From the NCBI GenBank assembly GCA_050744245.1, contig JBOGGX010000238.1, positions 287 to 64,286 of the forward strand: a stretch of DNA of 64,000 nt. Reading direction: 5' to 3'. The notes under the pieces were generated by a model. It searched no databases and was not told the DNA's origin. It worked only from the letters and a program-made list of their open reading frames with translations. The stretch comes from Acidimicrobiales bacterium. Its GTDB lineage: Bacteria; Actinomycetota; Acidimicrobiia; Acidimicrobiales; JBOGGX01. Of the stretch, positions 55,064 through 62,828 are shown piece by piece (position 1 is the first letter of the stretch; each line of letters opens with the position of its first letter). A program made the position numbers and the translations under genes.

Positions 55064-55909
55064 CTACCCGACGACCGGGCTGGTTCCGGTGGCGAGGTCG
55101 AGGATCGTCTCGAACGCCGAGGGCTCTGTTGTGCAGGCGCCGAGCTCGGTGTCCTTGATCCGGCCGTGGTAGTCGCTGGAGCCGGTGGCAACCAGCCCGA
55201 AGGCTGCGGCGATCTCGCGAAGCCGACGCCTGTCGTCCACGTCGTGACTCGGGTGATCGACCTCGAGCCCGGCCAGCCCGGCGTCGACCAGGCGTCGGGT
55301 CATCTCGGTGAGACCATCGCCGAGGGAGTGACCCTCAGCGAGCGGATGGGCCAGCACCGCGACGCCGCCCGCTCGCCTGATCAGCCCCACCGCCACCACG
55401 GGATCGAGGACGTACTTCTCCGCGTACGCGCGGCCGCCGTGCCCCACCCAGGCCGGCGTGAACGCCGACCGCACATCCGGCACGACGCCGAGGTCGACCA
55501 GGGCCGACGCGATATGGGGCCGACCAATGGTTCCATCGGCGGCGGCGCCCGCGACGTGGTCCCACGAGATGGGCACGCCGAGCTCCTGCAGCTTCGTCAC
55601 CATGACGTGGGCCCGCCGCACCCGGTCAGTCGCCAGCCGCTCCAGCTCGCACGTGAGCTCGGGCGCAGCCGGGTCGAAGAGGTACGCCAGCATGTGAAGG
55701 CTTCGCCCGTCCGCTCCGCATGAGATCTCGGCCCCCGGCACCAGCGTCAGACCCGACGGCAGCGCCGCGGCGGCATCACGCCAACCATCCACGGTGTCGT
55801 GGTCGGTCAGGGCGATGACGTCAACTGCGAGCGCCGCCTTGGCGACGAGGTCGGCCGGGGTGTCCGTGCCATCCGAGCGCGTGCTGTGGGTGTGGAGGTC
55901 GATCCTCAT
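55064..55909 (-). CDS. PHP-domain phosphoesterase (TrpH/YciV-like)
   Basis: 281-aa ORF with MRIDLHTHSTRSDGT, ALTDHDT, AHP and GSSDYHG. Confidence 0.85.
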   Translation of the reverse strand: MRIDLHTHSTRSDGTDTPADLVAKAALAVDVIALTDHDTVDGWRDAAAALPSGLTLVPGAEISCGADGRSLHMLAYLFDPAAPELTCELERLATDRVRRAHVMVTKLQELGVPISWDHVAGAAADGTIGRPHIASALVDLGVVPDVRSAFTPAWVGHGGRAYAEKYVLDPVVAVGLIRRAGGVAVLAHPLAEGHSLGDGLTEMTRRLVDAGLAGLEVDHPSHDVDDRRRLREIAAAFGLVATGSSDYHGRIKDTELGACTTEPSAFETILDLATGTSPVVG

Positions 55910-55941
55910 GGGTCGGCGGCGACGCTAGTGGAGCACCTCCG

Positions 55942-56547
55942 TCAGGTAAGGGCGTCACCCACGGCGACCAGGTGGAACTCGGTGAGCCCGTTGTGCGCAC
56001 CCTCGACCCGGTAGCACCGCTCGCAATCGGGACAGGTCAGTTCGGGCGAGAGGCGCACCCCGCAGCGGCAGACCCAGTCGATGAACCGAGCCGGGTTCCC
56101 GGCGACCAGCGCGTGGGCCGGCACGTCGCGGATGACCACCGACCCTGCCGCGACGAACGCATTCGTGCCGATCGTGCGGCCGCACACGATGGTTGCGTTG
56201 GCGCCGATCGTCGCCCCGGCGCGGACGAGCGTCCTGGAGAACTCGGCTCCGGCCTTCTTGACGTGGGCCCGCGGCGTGAGGTCGTTCGTGAACACGACGT
56301 TGGGTCCCAGAAACACGTCGTCTTCGACGGTGACGCCGTCCCAGACGAGCACGGCGTTCTTCACCGTCACCCGGTCACCGACGACGGCCCCACCCTCGAT
56401 GAACGCGTGGTCGCAGATGTTGCAGTCGGCACCGACGACGGCCATCGGCAACACGTGGGCGAACGCCCAGATGCGCGTGCGGGGTCCGACCTCGTCGCTC
56501 TCGCAGAGGCCGTTGGGGTGGACGAACACAGACCGGTCGGGTGTCAT
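55942..56547 (-). CDS. left-handed beta-helix N-acetyltransferase, WbpD/WlbB-like (UDP-2-acetamido-3-amino-2,3-dideoxy-glucuronate N-acetyltransferase type)
   Basis: 201-aa ORF with FVHPNG......VGPRTRIWAFAHV......VGADCNICDHAFIE..AVVGDRVTVKNAVLVWDGVTVEDDVFLGPNVVFTND..PR....T.V..GATIGANATIVCG..IG..AFVAAGSVV..DVP..ALVAGNPAR, plus a C-terminal CxC...CxxC tail. Confidence 0.8.
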   Translation of the reverse strand: MTPDRSVFVHPNGLCESDEVGPRTRIWAFAHVLPMAVVGADCNICDHAFIEGGAVVGDRVTVKNAVLVWDGVTVEDDVFLGPNVVFTNDLTPRAHVKKAGAEFSRTLVRAGATIGANATIVCGRTIGTNAFVAAGSVVIRDVPAHALVAGNPARFIDWVCRCGVRLSPELTCPDCERCYRVEGAHNGLTEFHLVAVGDALT

Positions 56548-57692
56548 GCCGCCTCCGTTCGCACCGCCGCGACCAACTCGGCGACAGCTCGGTCCTGCTG
56601 GGCCTCGGTGATCCCGGGATAGATCGGCAGCGACACCATCTCCGTGGCGGCGGCCTCGGCGACCGGAAAGTCACCGTGTCGGTGACCCAGGCCCGAGAAC
56701 GCAGGCTGAAGGTGGAGCGGCACCGGGTAGTGGATGCCCGCCCCGATCCCCGCGGCGTTGAGTCGGGCCAGCACCTCGTCCCGAGCCGCCACCCGGACGA
56801 CATACAGGTGCCACACGTGCTCGTTCCCGGCCATGACCGCGGGAAGGCGGATGTTCGGCTCGTCCTTGAGCAGCTCGTGGTAGCGCCGGGCCGCAGCCCG
56901 ACGCGCGTCGTTCCACCAGTTGAGTCGGCGCAGCTTGGCCCGCAACACGACCGCCTGCAGGGTGTCGAGACGGGAGTTCATCCCGGCGAGCCCGTGCTCG
57001 TACCTTCTCGTTCCGCCGTGGTTGCGCAGGGCACGGACGACGTCGGCCGACCAACTGTCCTGCGTGAGGACGGCCCCGGCATCACCGTAGGCGCCCAGGT
57101 TCTTGCCCGGATAGAAGCTGGTCGCGGCCATGGCCCCGACGCTGCCGCTCGGCCGGCCGTAGCGAGTGGCCCCCTGCGACTGGGCCGCATCCTCGATGAT
57201 GTCGACATCGGATGGAATGGCGCGGACCAGATCTTCGATGGGCGCCATCTGGCCGTAGAGGTGCACGGCGATGACGGCTCGAGTCCGACGACTCAACCGA
57301 TCGGCGACCTGTCGCGGATCGATCAGCAGATACCTGGGATCGCAGTCGACCAGCACAGGCCGGGCGCCAACGCTCATGACCGCCTCGGCCGTGGCGATGA
57401 AGGTGTTGGCCGGAAGCAGGACCTCGTCGCCGTTTCCGACGCCTCGGGCTCGGAGTGCGAGCTCGAGGGCGTCGGTGCCGTTGGCGACGCCTACGCAGTG
57501 CGCGGCCCGGCTGAACCGAGCGAACTCACCTTCGAAGGACTCGACGTCCGGACCGAGCACAAAGGAGCCCTCGGCGACGACCCGGGCCCAGCCCGCCGCC
57601 ACCTCGGCCGCAACCTGTTCGTGCTGGATCGACAGGTCGACGAGCGGGATGGTCTCGATTCTCGGTTCGGCACGGATCAAGGGCGGGGTCAC
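56544..57692 (-). CDS. DegT/DnrJ/EryC1/StrS-family PLP aminotransferase (WbpE-like)
   Basis: 382-aa ORF with IPLVDLSIQHEQV, FVLGPDVESFEGEFA, GVANGTDALELAL, LLPANTFIATAEAV and 4-nt overlaps with both neighbours. Confidence 0.9.
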   Translation of the reverse strand: MTPPLIRAEPRIETIPLVDLSIQHEQVAAEVAAGWARVVAEGSFVLGPDVESFEGEFARFSRAAHCVGVANGTDALELALRARGVGNGDEVLLPANTFIATAEAVMSVGARPVLVDCDPRYLLIDPRQVADRLSRRTRAVIAVHLYGQMAPIEDLVRAIPSDVDIIEDAAQSQGATRYGRPSGSVGAMAATSFYPGKNLGAYGDAGAVLTQDSWSADVVRALRNHGGTRRYEHGLAGMNSRLDTLQAVVLRAKLRRLNWWNDARRAAARRYHELLKDEPNIRLPAVMAGNEHVWHLYVVRVAARDEVLARLNAAGIGAGIHYPVPLHLQPAFSGLGHRHGDFPVAEAAATEMVSLPIYPGITEAQQDRAVAELVAAVRTEAA

Positions 57693-58393
57693 GCGGTCAA
57701 CACCTCTCGGGCTAGTTCAACGGTTCGAACGAATCGGGCCGGCACGCCGGCCCACACCTCGGCGTCCCCCACGCTTCGGGTTACGACTGCTCCCATGCCG
57801 ACCAATGACCATGACCCGACACGAAGGTTTTCTCGGACGAGGCAGCCGGCGCCGAGGTAGGCGCCGGTTTCGACGGCGACGCCGCCCGCGAGTCTGACCC
57901 CGGCGCCGACCGTGACGAAGTCGCCGACAAGGTCGTCATGGGTCAGGACGGCCAACGGCATGATGCCGACGTGGGCTCCGACGGTCACATCGACGGTGAC
58001 CACGACGCCCGCGAGGACGACCGTCCCCTCGCCGAGTTGGCACGACGTCGGGACCACGGCCGTGGGATGGACGATCGTGGCGTAGCGATCGGGAAGGAGT
58101 CCAAGGCGGCGGACGATCCGGTGCTTCGACGTGTAGTCGCCGGGATGCCCGGTGCACACGACGACCTTGGTGGCAGGCATCTCGGCGAGGCGATCGATCC
58201 CGCCCAGCACGGGGACCCCGGAGACGACGGTGCCCCAGCGGGACGGCTCGTCGTCGAGGAATCCCAGCACGTCCCAGCGGTTCCGGCCGCTGATCGCGGC
58301 CCGCTCCTCGTTGGTGGCGCGCACGACCTCGGCCGTTTCGCGACCGAATCCGCCGGAGCCGATGATGACGAGTGGTTCAGGCCGCCGGGTCAC
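57689..58393 (-). CDS. NeuD/PglD/VioB-family sugar N-acetyltransferase
   Basis: 234-aa ORF. An N-terminal Rossmann-like LVIIGSGGFGRETAEVV is followed by a C-terminal hexapeptide-repeat domain. Confidence 0.85.
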   Translation of the reverse strand: MTRRPEPLVIIGSGGFGRETAEVVRATNEERAAISGRNRWDVLGFLDDEPSRWGTVVSGVPVLGGIDRLAEMPATKVVVCTGHPGDYTSKHRIVRRLGLLPDRYATIVHPTAVVPTSCQLGEGTVVLAGVVVTVDVTVGAHVGIMPLAVLTHDDLVGDFVTVGAGVRLAGGVAVETGAYLGAGCLVRENLRVGSWSLVGMGAVVTRSVGDAEVWAGVPARFVRTVELAREVLTA

Positions 58394-58437
58394 GGCGCAC
58401 CTCGTCGTGCGGTGAGATGGCGACGACGACCAAGGGA

Positions 58438-59625
58438 TCAGCTCCGCCGCTCGGCCGCGGTGGCAATGACATCGACCACCAGGTCCTGGTCGGCCTCGGT
58501 GAGATCATGGAAGAGCGGAAGGATGAGCGACCGCTCGGTCAGGCGCTCCGTCACCGGCAGTGGTTGGTGCGGGTGGCCGGCGTACGCCGGCTCGAGGTGC
58601 GAGGCCATGATGCCTCTGCGGGCGCTGACTCCGTGATCCGCCAGGATCCCCAGCAGGTGATTGCGCTCGACCGGGAACTCGTCGGGCAGGCACACCCAGA
58701 ACGACTGGAAGTTCGTCGTGCCGTACCCGGGATCCGCAGCCATGATCGCCTGCTCGAGCTGGGGAATCTCGACGAGCTTCCGTTGGTACCGCTGAGCCAG
58801 CAGGCGTCGCCGCGACACGATGAGATCGAGTCGCGAGAGCTGCACGAGACCGATCGCGGCCTGGACGTCGGTCATGCGGTAGTTGAAGCCGGTCTCGACG
58901 TACGCCTCCAGGACCGGGCCCTGGGCCAGGTGTCGGTCGGCCGCGCTCACGTTCATGCCGTGCTCCCGCAGCCGACGGCAACGCGCGGCCCACTCCTCGT
59001 TCGAGGTCACCAGCATCCCGCCCTCACCCGTGGTGATCACCTTGCGGGGGTGGAAGGAGAAGGCGGCCAACTCGGCCCGGGCCCCGACGGGTTGGCCGGC
59101 GTAGGTGGACCCGATGGCGCAGGCCGCGTCCTGGATGACGGTGACACCGAGCGGGTCGCAGAGGACACGGATCGGGTCGAGCTCGGCCGGGACGCCTCCC
59201 TGGTCGACCACGATGACGGCGCGGGTTGCGGGGGTGAGTGCGCTCCTGATCGATTCCACCGTGAGGTTCTGGGTGATGGGGTCGACGTCCGCGAATACGG
59301 GATGGGCGCCCACGTAGCGCACGGCGTTGGCCGTGGCGATGAACGACAGCGAGGGAACGAGGACGTCGTGGCCGGGACCGATGCCCGCAACCACGAGGGC
59401 GAGATGGAGCGCCGTGGTGCACGACGAGACGGCGACCGCGTGAGCGGCACCGACCCGGCGGGCGAACGCCTCTTCGAACTGCGCGACCCGGGGCCCTTGG
59501 GCGACCCAGCCCGAGAGGACGGCCTCGCTGGCGGCGACCGCTTCCTCGGGACCGAGCGTCGGCCGCATCACCGGGATCGAACGCTTGGACCGGGCCGTGG
59601 GGACGAGCTCGCTGAGCACGCTCAT
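58438..59625 (-). CDS. DegT/DnrJ/EryC1/StrS-family PLP aminotransferase (second copy)
   Basis: 395-aa ORF with IPVMRPTLGPEE, GWVAQGPRVAQFEEAFA, SSCTTALHLAL, LVPSLSFIATANAV and SFHPRKVITTGEGGM. Confidence 0.9.
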   Translation of the reverse strand: MSVLSELVPTARSKRSIPVMRPTLGPEEAVAASEAVLSGWVAQGPRVAQFEEAFARRVGAAHAVAVSSCTTALHLALVVAGIGPGHDVLVPSLSFIATANAVRYVGAHPVFADVDPITQNLTVESIRSALTPATRAVIVVDQGGVPAELDPIRVLCDPLGVTVIQDAACAIGSTYAGQPVGARAELAAFSFHPRKVITTGEGGMLVTSNEEWAARCRRLREHGMNVSAADRHLAQGPVLEAYVETGFNYRMTDVQAAIGLVQLSRLDLIVSRRRLLAQRYQRKLVEIPQLEQAIMAADPGYGTTNFQSFWVCLPDEFPVERNHLLGILADHGVSARRGIMASHLEPAYAGHPHQPLPVTERLTERSLILPLFHDLTEADQDLVVDVIATAAERRS

Positions 59626-60647
59626 CGTCGTGCGCCCTCCGTCTCCTGGACCTCAGCCGACATCCACGAGTCCGAGTCCCGCTCGGCCTGCCACCACTCG
59701 ACCAGCCGCGACAAGCCCTCGTCCAGATCGACCTCGGCCGAGAAGCCGAGGCGGTCGCGAGCGGCGGTCGTGTCGGCCAGCCGGCGGGTGACCGCATTCA
59801 CCTTGCGCTCAGGACCGTGCTCGGGCGAGAGATCTGACCCCATGACCAGGAGCAGCGCCGTGGCCAGACCAGCCAGGCTGGTTTCCGTTCCGGCGGCGAT
59901 GTTGAAGACCTCGTCGCTGACGCCGGAGACCGCGGCGAGCAGGTTGGCTCGGGCGACGTCGTCGACGTAAACGAAGTCCATGGTCTGAAGGCCATCGCCG
60001 AGGATGAGCGGAGGTTGACCGGCGGCGATGCGCTCCATCCATCGCACGAGCACCTCGGTGTACACGCCGAAGATGTCCATTCGGGGGCCGTACACGTTGA
60101 AGTAGCGGAGGGCGACGTAGTCCAGGTCGTGCATGTCGGCGAAGCTCCGGAGCAGACCCTCGTTGAACGACTTGGCCGCTCCGTACAGCGTGCGGTTGCC
60201 GTACGGATGCTGGTGCTCCCTCGTCGGAAACTCCTCGGCGAGCCCGTAGACCGAGGCCGACGACGCGGCGACCACCTTGGGGACGCCCGCCGCAGCCGCG
60301 GCCTCGATGACGTTGAACGTGCCGTCGACGAGGACTTCGAGCGCCAGCCGGGGATCCTCGGCACACTGCGTGATCCGGATCGCGGCCTGATGGAACAGGA
60401 CGTCGACGCCACGCATCGCTCGAGCGACGAGGTCGCGGTCTCGGATGTCGCCCTCGATCACCTCGACGCGACCGGTGGCGATGGCGTCGGCCAGGTTGGC
60501 GCGGCGGCCGCGAACGAAGTTGTCGAGGACGACGACCTCGACATCGGTCGTCCCGACCAGCTGATCGGTGATGGCCGACCCGATCATGCCGGCGCCGCCG
60601 GTGATCAGGATGCGGGCTCCATCGAGCCTGGGGTAGCGAGTGGTCAC
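59622..60647 (-). CDS. NAD-dependent epimerase (extended SDR, GalE/WbpP-like)
   Basis: GTG at 60647 overlaps the upstream stop (GTGA). Motifs are ILITGGAGMIGS, ASSASVYG and YGAAKSF (YxxxK). The upstream 350 codons of ORF 59622-61718 are out-of-frame read-through. Confidence 0.9.
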   Translation of the reverse strand: MTTRYPRLDGARILITGGAGMIGSAITDQLVGTTDVEVVVLDNFVRGRRANLADAIATGRVEVIEGDIRDRDLVARAMRGVDVLFHQAAIRITQCAEDPRLALEVLVDGTFNVIEAAAAAGVPKVVAASSASVYGLAEEFPTREHQHPYGNRTLYGAAKSFNEGLLRSFADMHDLDYVALRYFNVYGPRMDIFGVYTEVLVRWMERIAAGQPPLILGDGLQTMDFVYVDDVARANLLAAVSGVSDEVFNIAAGTETSLAGLATALLLVMGSDLSPEHGPERKVNAVTRRLADTTAARDRLGFSAEVDLDEGLSRLVEWWQAERDSDSWMSAEVQETEGARR

Positions 60648-61699
60648 AGCGTCTCCTGGGCGCGGTCGCGAACGGGGAGCGGCACCATCGCACCCCCGCG
60701 GTCGATGCTCCGATCGATCGCCTCGAGCACCTCCAGCACCCACAGACCCGACTCGCCACCGGTCGCCGCGGGTCGGCGCTCGCGAATCGCGCCGACGAGC
60801 TCTGCGATGACGTTCTGCAGCGCCTCGGTCTCGCCCAGGGCCGGAGCGATCATGTCGCCGACGCGGTACGAGATCAGCGTGTCGCGCCGGGCCTCGAGGT
60901 TCATCGGCCCCTCGAGGTCGACGCCGCGATCGTGCACCGACAGCCGCTGGGCCGGATGCATGTCGTCCCACACCAGCATCCGCCGTGACCCTCCGACGTG
61001 CATCGTGCGGACCTTGGTCGGGCTGAGCCAGTTCACGTGGGCGTGGGCGATGCCGCCGTTGGCGAGAGGAAGCGTGAGATACCCGACGCACGAGTGGCCG
61101 GCTCCGATCGGATCGGCGCCGTGGGCCGCGACACTGACCGGCCGGGCGTCGTCGGCCAGAACGAAGTCGAGTATCGAGAGGTCGTGCGGCGCCAGGTCCC
61201 AGAAGACATCGATGTCCGACTGGACCAGGCCCAGGTTGATACGCACCGAGTCGACGTATTGGATCTCGCCCAGCTCGCCGCCACGGACCAGCTGGTGGAT
61301 CCTCTGGACGGTCGGCGTGTAGCAGTAGGTGTGGTCGCACATGAGGACCACACCGGCGTCGCGTGCAGCATCGACGAGTTTGCGGCCTTCGTCGACCGAC
61401 GTGGCCAACGGCTTCTCGACCAGCACGTGCTTCCCTGCGTCGATGCAGGCGAGCGCCACCGATGTGTGCGTGTGGGCCGGGGTGGCGATGGCGACGGCGG
61501 CGACGTTGGGGTCGTCGAGCACGATGTCGAGGTCGTCGGTGATGGGAACCGTGCTCTGCCGACCGACCGCCTTGGCCGCCTGGTTGATGTCGAGGTCGCA
61601 GACCCAGCGGAGCGTGGCATCGTCGCGCCGAAGAATGTTGCGGACGAGGTTCGGCCCCCAATAGCCCGCTCCGATGACGGCCATACCGATCGGCTTCAT
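60644..61699 (-). CDS. Gfo/Idh/MocA-family oxidoreductase (WbpB-like)
   Basis: ATG at 61699 has GAGGGAGGG 6 nt upstream. The sequence begins MKPIGMAVIGAGYWGPNLVRN... and the gene encodes 351 aa. Confidence 0.9.
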   Translation of the reverse strand: MKPIGMAVIGAGYWGPNLVRNILRRDDATLRWVCDLDINQAAKAVGRQSTVPITDDLDIVLDDPNVAAVAIATPAHTHTSVALACIDAGKHVLVEKPLATSVDEGRKLVDAARDAGVVLMCDHTYCYTPTVQRIHQLVRGGELGEIQYVDSVRINLGLVQSDIDVFWDLAPHDLSILDFVLADDARPVSVAAHGADPIGAGHSCVGYLTLPLANGGIAHAHVNWLSPTKVRTMHVGGSRRMLVWDDMHPAQRLSVHDRGVDLEGPMNLEARRDTLISYRVGDMIAPALGETEALQNVIAELVGAIRERRPAATGGESGLWVLEVLEAIDRSIDRGGAMVPLPVRDRAQETL

Positions 61700-61835
61700 G
61701 CCGGCCCTCCCTCGGCAACCGCTGACTGGAGAGCGCCGGGCGTTCGCCGGGCGGCGCAGGCTGGGCGCGCGTTGCCGCGCTTCCATCGGTCGCTGCTGGG
61801 GCCTCGGTTGCCGCTCATGCTCTCCCTGTTCCTGT

Positions 61836-61873
61836 CCCGGTCGGGCTGCGCCACCGGACGCAACCCGACCGGG
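61836..61873 (-). other. stable hairpin in the long leader of the S5 operon
   Basis: A perfect 10-bp inverted repeat CCCGGTCGGG ... CCCGACCGGG with an 18-nt loop lies between the predicted -10 (61913-61918) and the start codon (61699). Confidence 0.35.
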
Positions 61874-61912
61874 GGCCTGTGGCCGGGCGTCACGCGCCCA
61901 CACCTGGATCGC

Positions 61913-61967
61913 AGTATCGGGAGGGAGGCTGAAGGTGGCCTGAAGCGCCACTGAGCCTTGGCTGAAT
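61913..61967 (-). promoter_or_regulatory. S5: 4 x 11-bp phased hexamer array + -10-like hexamer, facing the sugar-modification operon
   Basis: Read on the minus strand: ATTCAG-ccaag-GCTCAG-tggcg-CTTCAG-gccac-CTTCAG-cctccctccc-GATACT. Plus-strand CTGAAG/CTGAGC/CTGAAT start at 61929, 61940, 61951 and 61962. The start codon is 213 nt downstream. Confidence 0.7.
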
Positions 61968-62089
61968 CGGGCCGGGGGCGTGCGGCCGGGCCGCTGGTCA
62001 TGGGCGAGGAGTGGTGGTTGGGCGCGTTTCACCACATCTGCCGTGGTGAACCGCACGCAACGCCGCCCGGCGAGCCCGGGGTGGTCAGC

Positions 62090-62467
62090 TCAGGCCAGGT
62101 TCTCCCAGAGGCCGACCACGTTGCCCTCCGTGTCCTTGAAGTAGGCGAAGGCGCCCATGCCCGGAATCTCGGTCCGCGGCCTGACCGCCTCGCCGCCACC
62201 GGCCTCGACCTGCTTGAGTGCGTTGTCGATCGAGTCGACGTCGATGGTGATCACGGGACCGGGCGTCTCGGCCGTCCGCGGCATCATCCCGCCGTTGATC
62301 GCACCGGCCTCCGTCGGCACCTGCTTGTCGTCGACGGGAACGGTCTGGACGATCGTGTAGTCCATGCCCGGCATGTCCTGGAGCTGCCAGTCGAAGATGG
62401 AGCCGTAGAACTCCTTGGCCCGCGCCACGTCGTCGGCGGGGATCTCGAAGTGCACCACCTTGCCCAT
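62090..62467 (-). CDS. VOC (glyoxalase) family protein
   Basis: Internal ATG (62467) of ORF 62090-62557: MGKVVHFEIPADDVARAKEFYGSIFDWQL........Y.......GGMM........P.ITIDVDSID.AL..VEA.GG........IPGMGAFAYFKDTEGNVVGLWE. Confidence 0.8.
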   Translation of the reverse strand: MGKVVHFEIPADDVARAKEFYGSIFDWQLQDMPGMDYTIVQTVPVDDKQVPTEAGAINGGMMPRTAETPGPVITIDVDSIDNALKQVEAGGGEAVRPRTEIPGMGAFAYFKDTEGNVVGLWENLA

Positions 62468-62508
62468 GGGTGTCCCCTCTCGAGGTGTCAACCGAACTGC
62501 TGTGAACC

Positions 62509-62536
62509 TAGCTCCGGGGGAGGACTCGAACCCAGG
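62509..62536 (-). other. tRNA 3'-end-like fragment (possible old att site)
   Basis: The reverse complement reads ...CCTGGGTTCGAGTCCTCCCCCGGAGCTA, a T-loop TTCGAGT plus a 3' half-stem and acceptor-like tail. No matching 5' half exists, so it is not a functional tRNA. Confidence 0.25.
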
Positions 62537-62828
62537 GGATCGGCGACCGTCATTCACGATCTGGTGGCCGAGACGTTCCTCTCGCCTGGCGGCGGCCGGA
62601 CAGGCCGGCCAGCATCAAAGGCGACCATGTGCTCGGCCAGCAGGTCGACCGATGAGAACGTGTCGTGGAACTGGGAGTGCACCTCACGGTCTTCGCCATT
62701 GAGAACCTCGAGCGGTCCTCAGGGCACGACCCAGGCGGAGGACCGCCACTGAACTTCAACGAACCCAGGGTCAATCTCCTTCGCGAAGGTCGTCGCGACG
62801 ACGAAGACCTACCTCCCCGAGGTGGTGG

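Noticed and set aside
59622-61718. A 698-aa ORF suggesting a fused oxidoreductase-epimerase.
   Set aside because: The N-terminal 350 codons are an out-of-frame read-through of the Gfo/Idh/MocA gene (junk composition). The SDR gene really starts at the GTG at 60647, overlapping the stop of 60644-61699.
61696-61818. A 40-codon uORF in the S5 leader whose stop overlaps the downstream ATG.
   Set aside because: It is kept only as a remark under the S5 leader finding. Its peptide composition (R/A/G/P-rich) is what any frame gives in this GC content, so there is no evidence it is translated.
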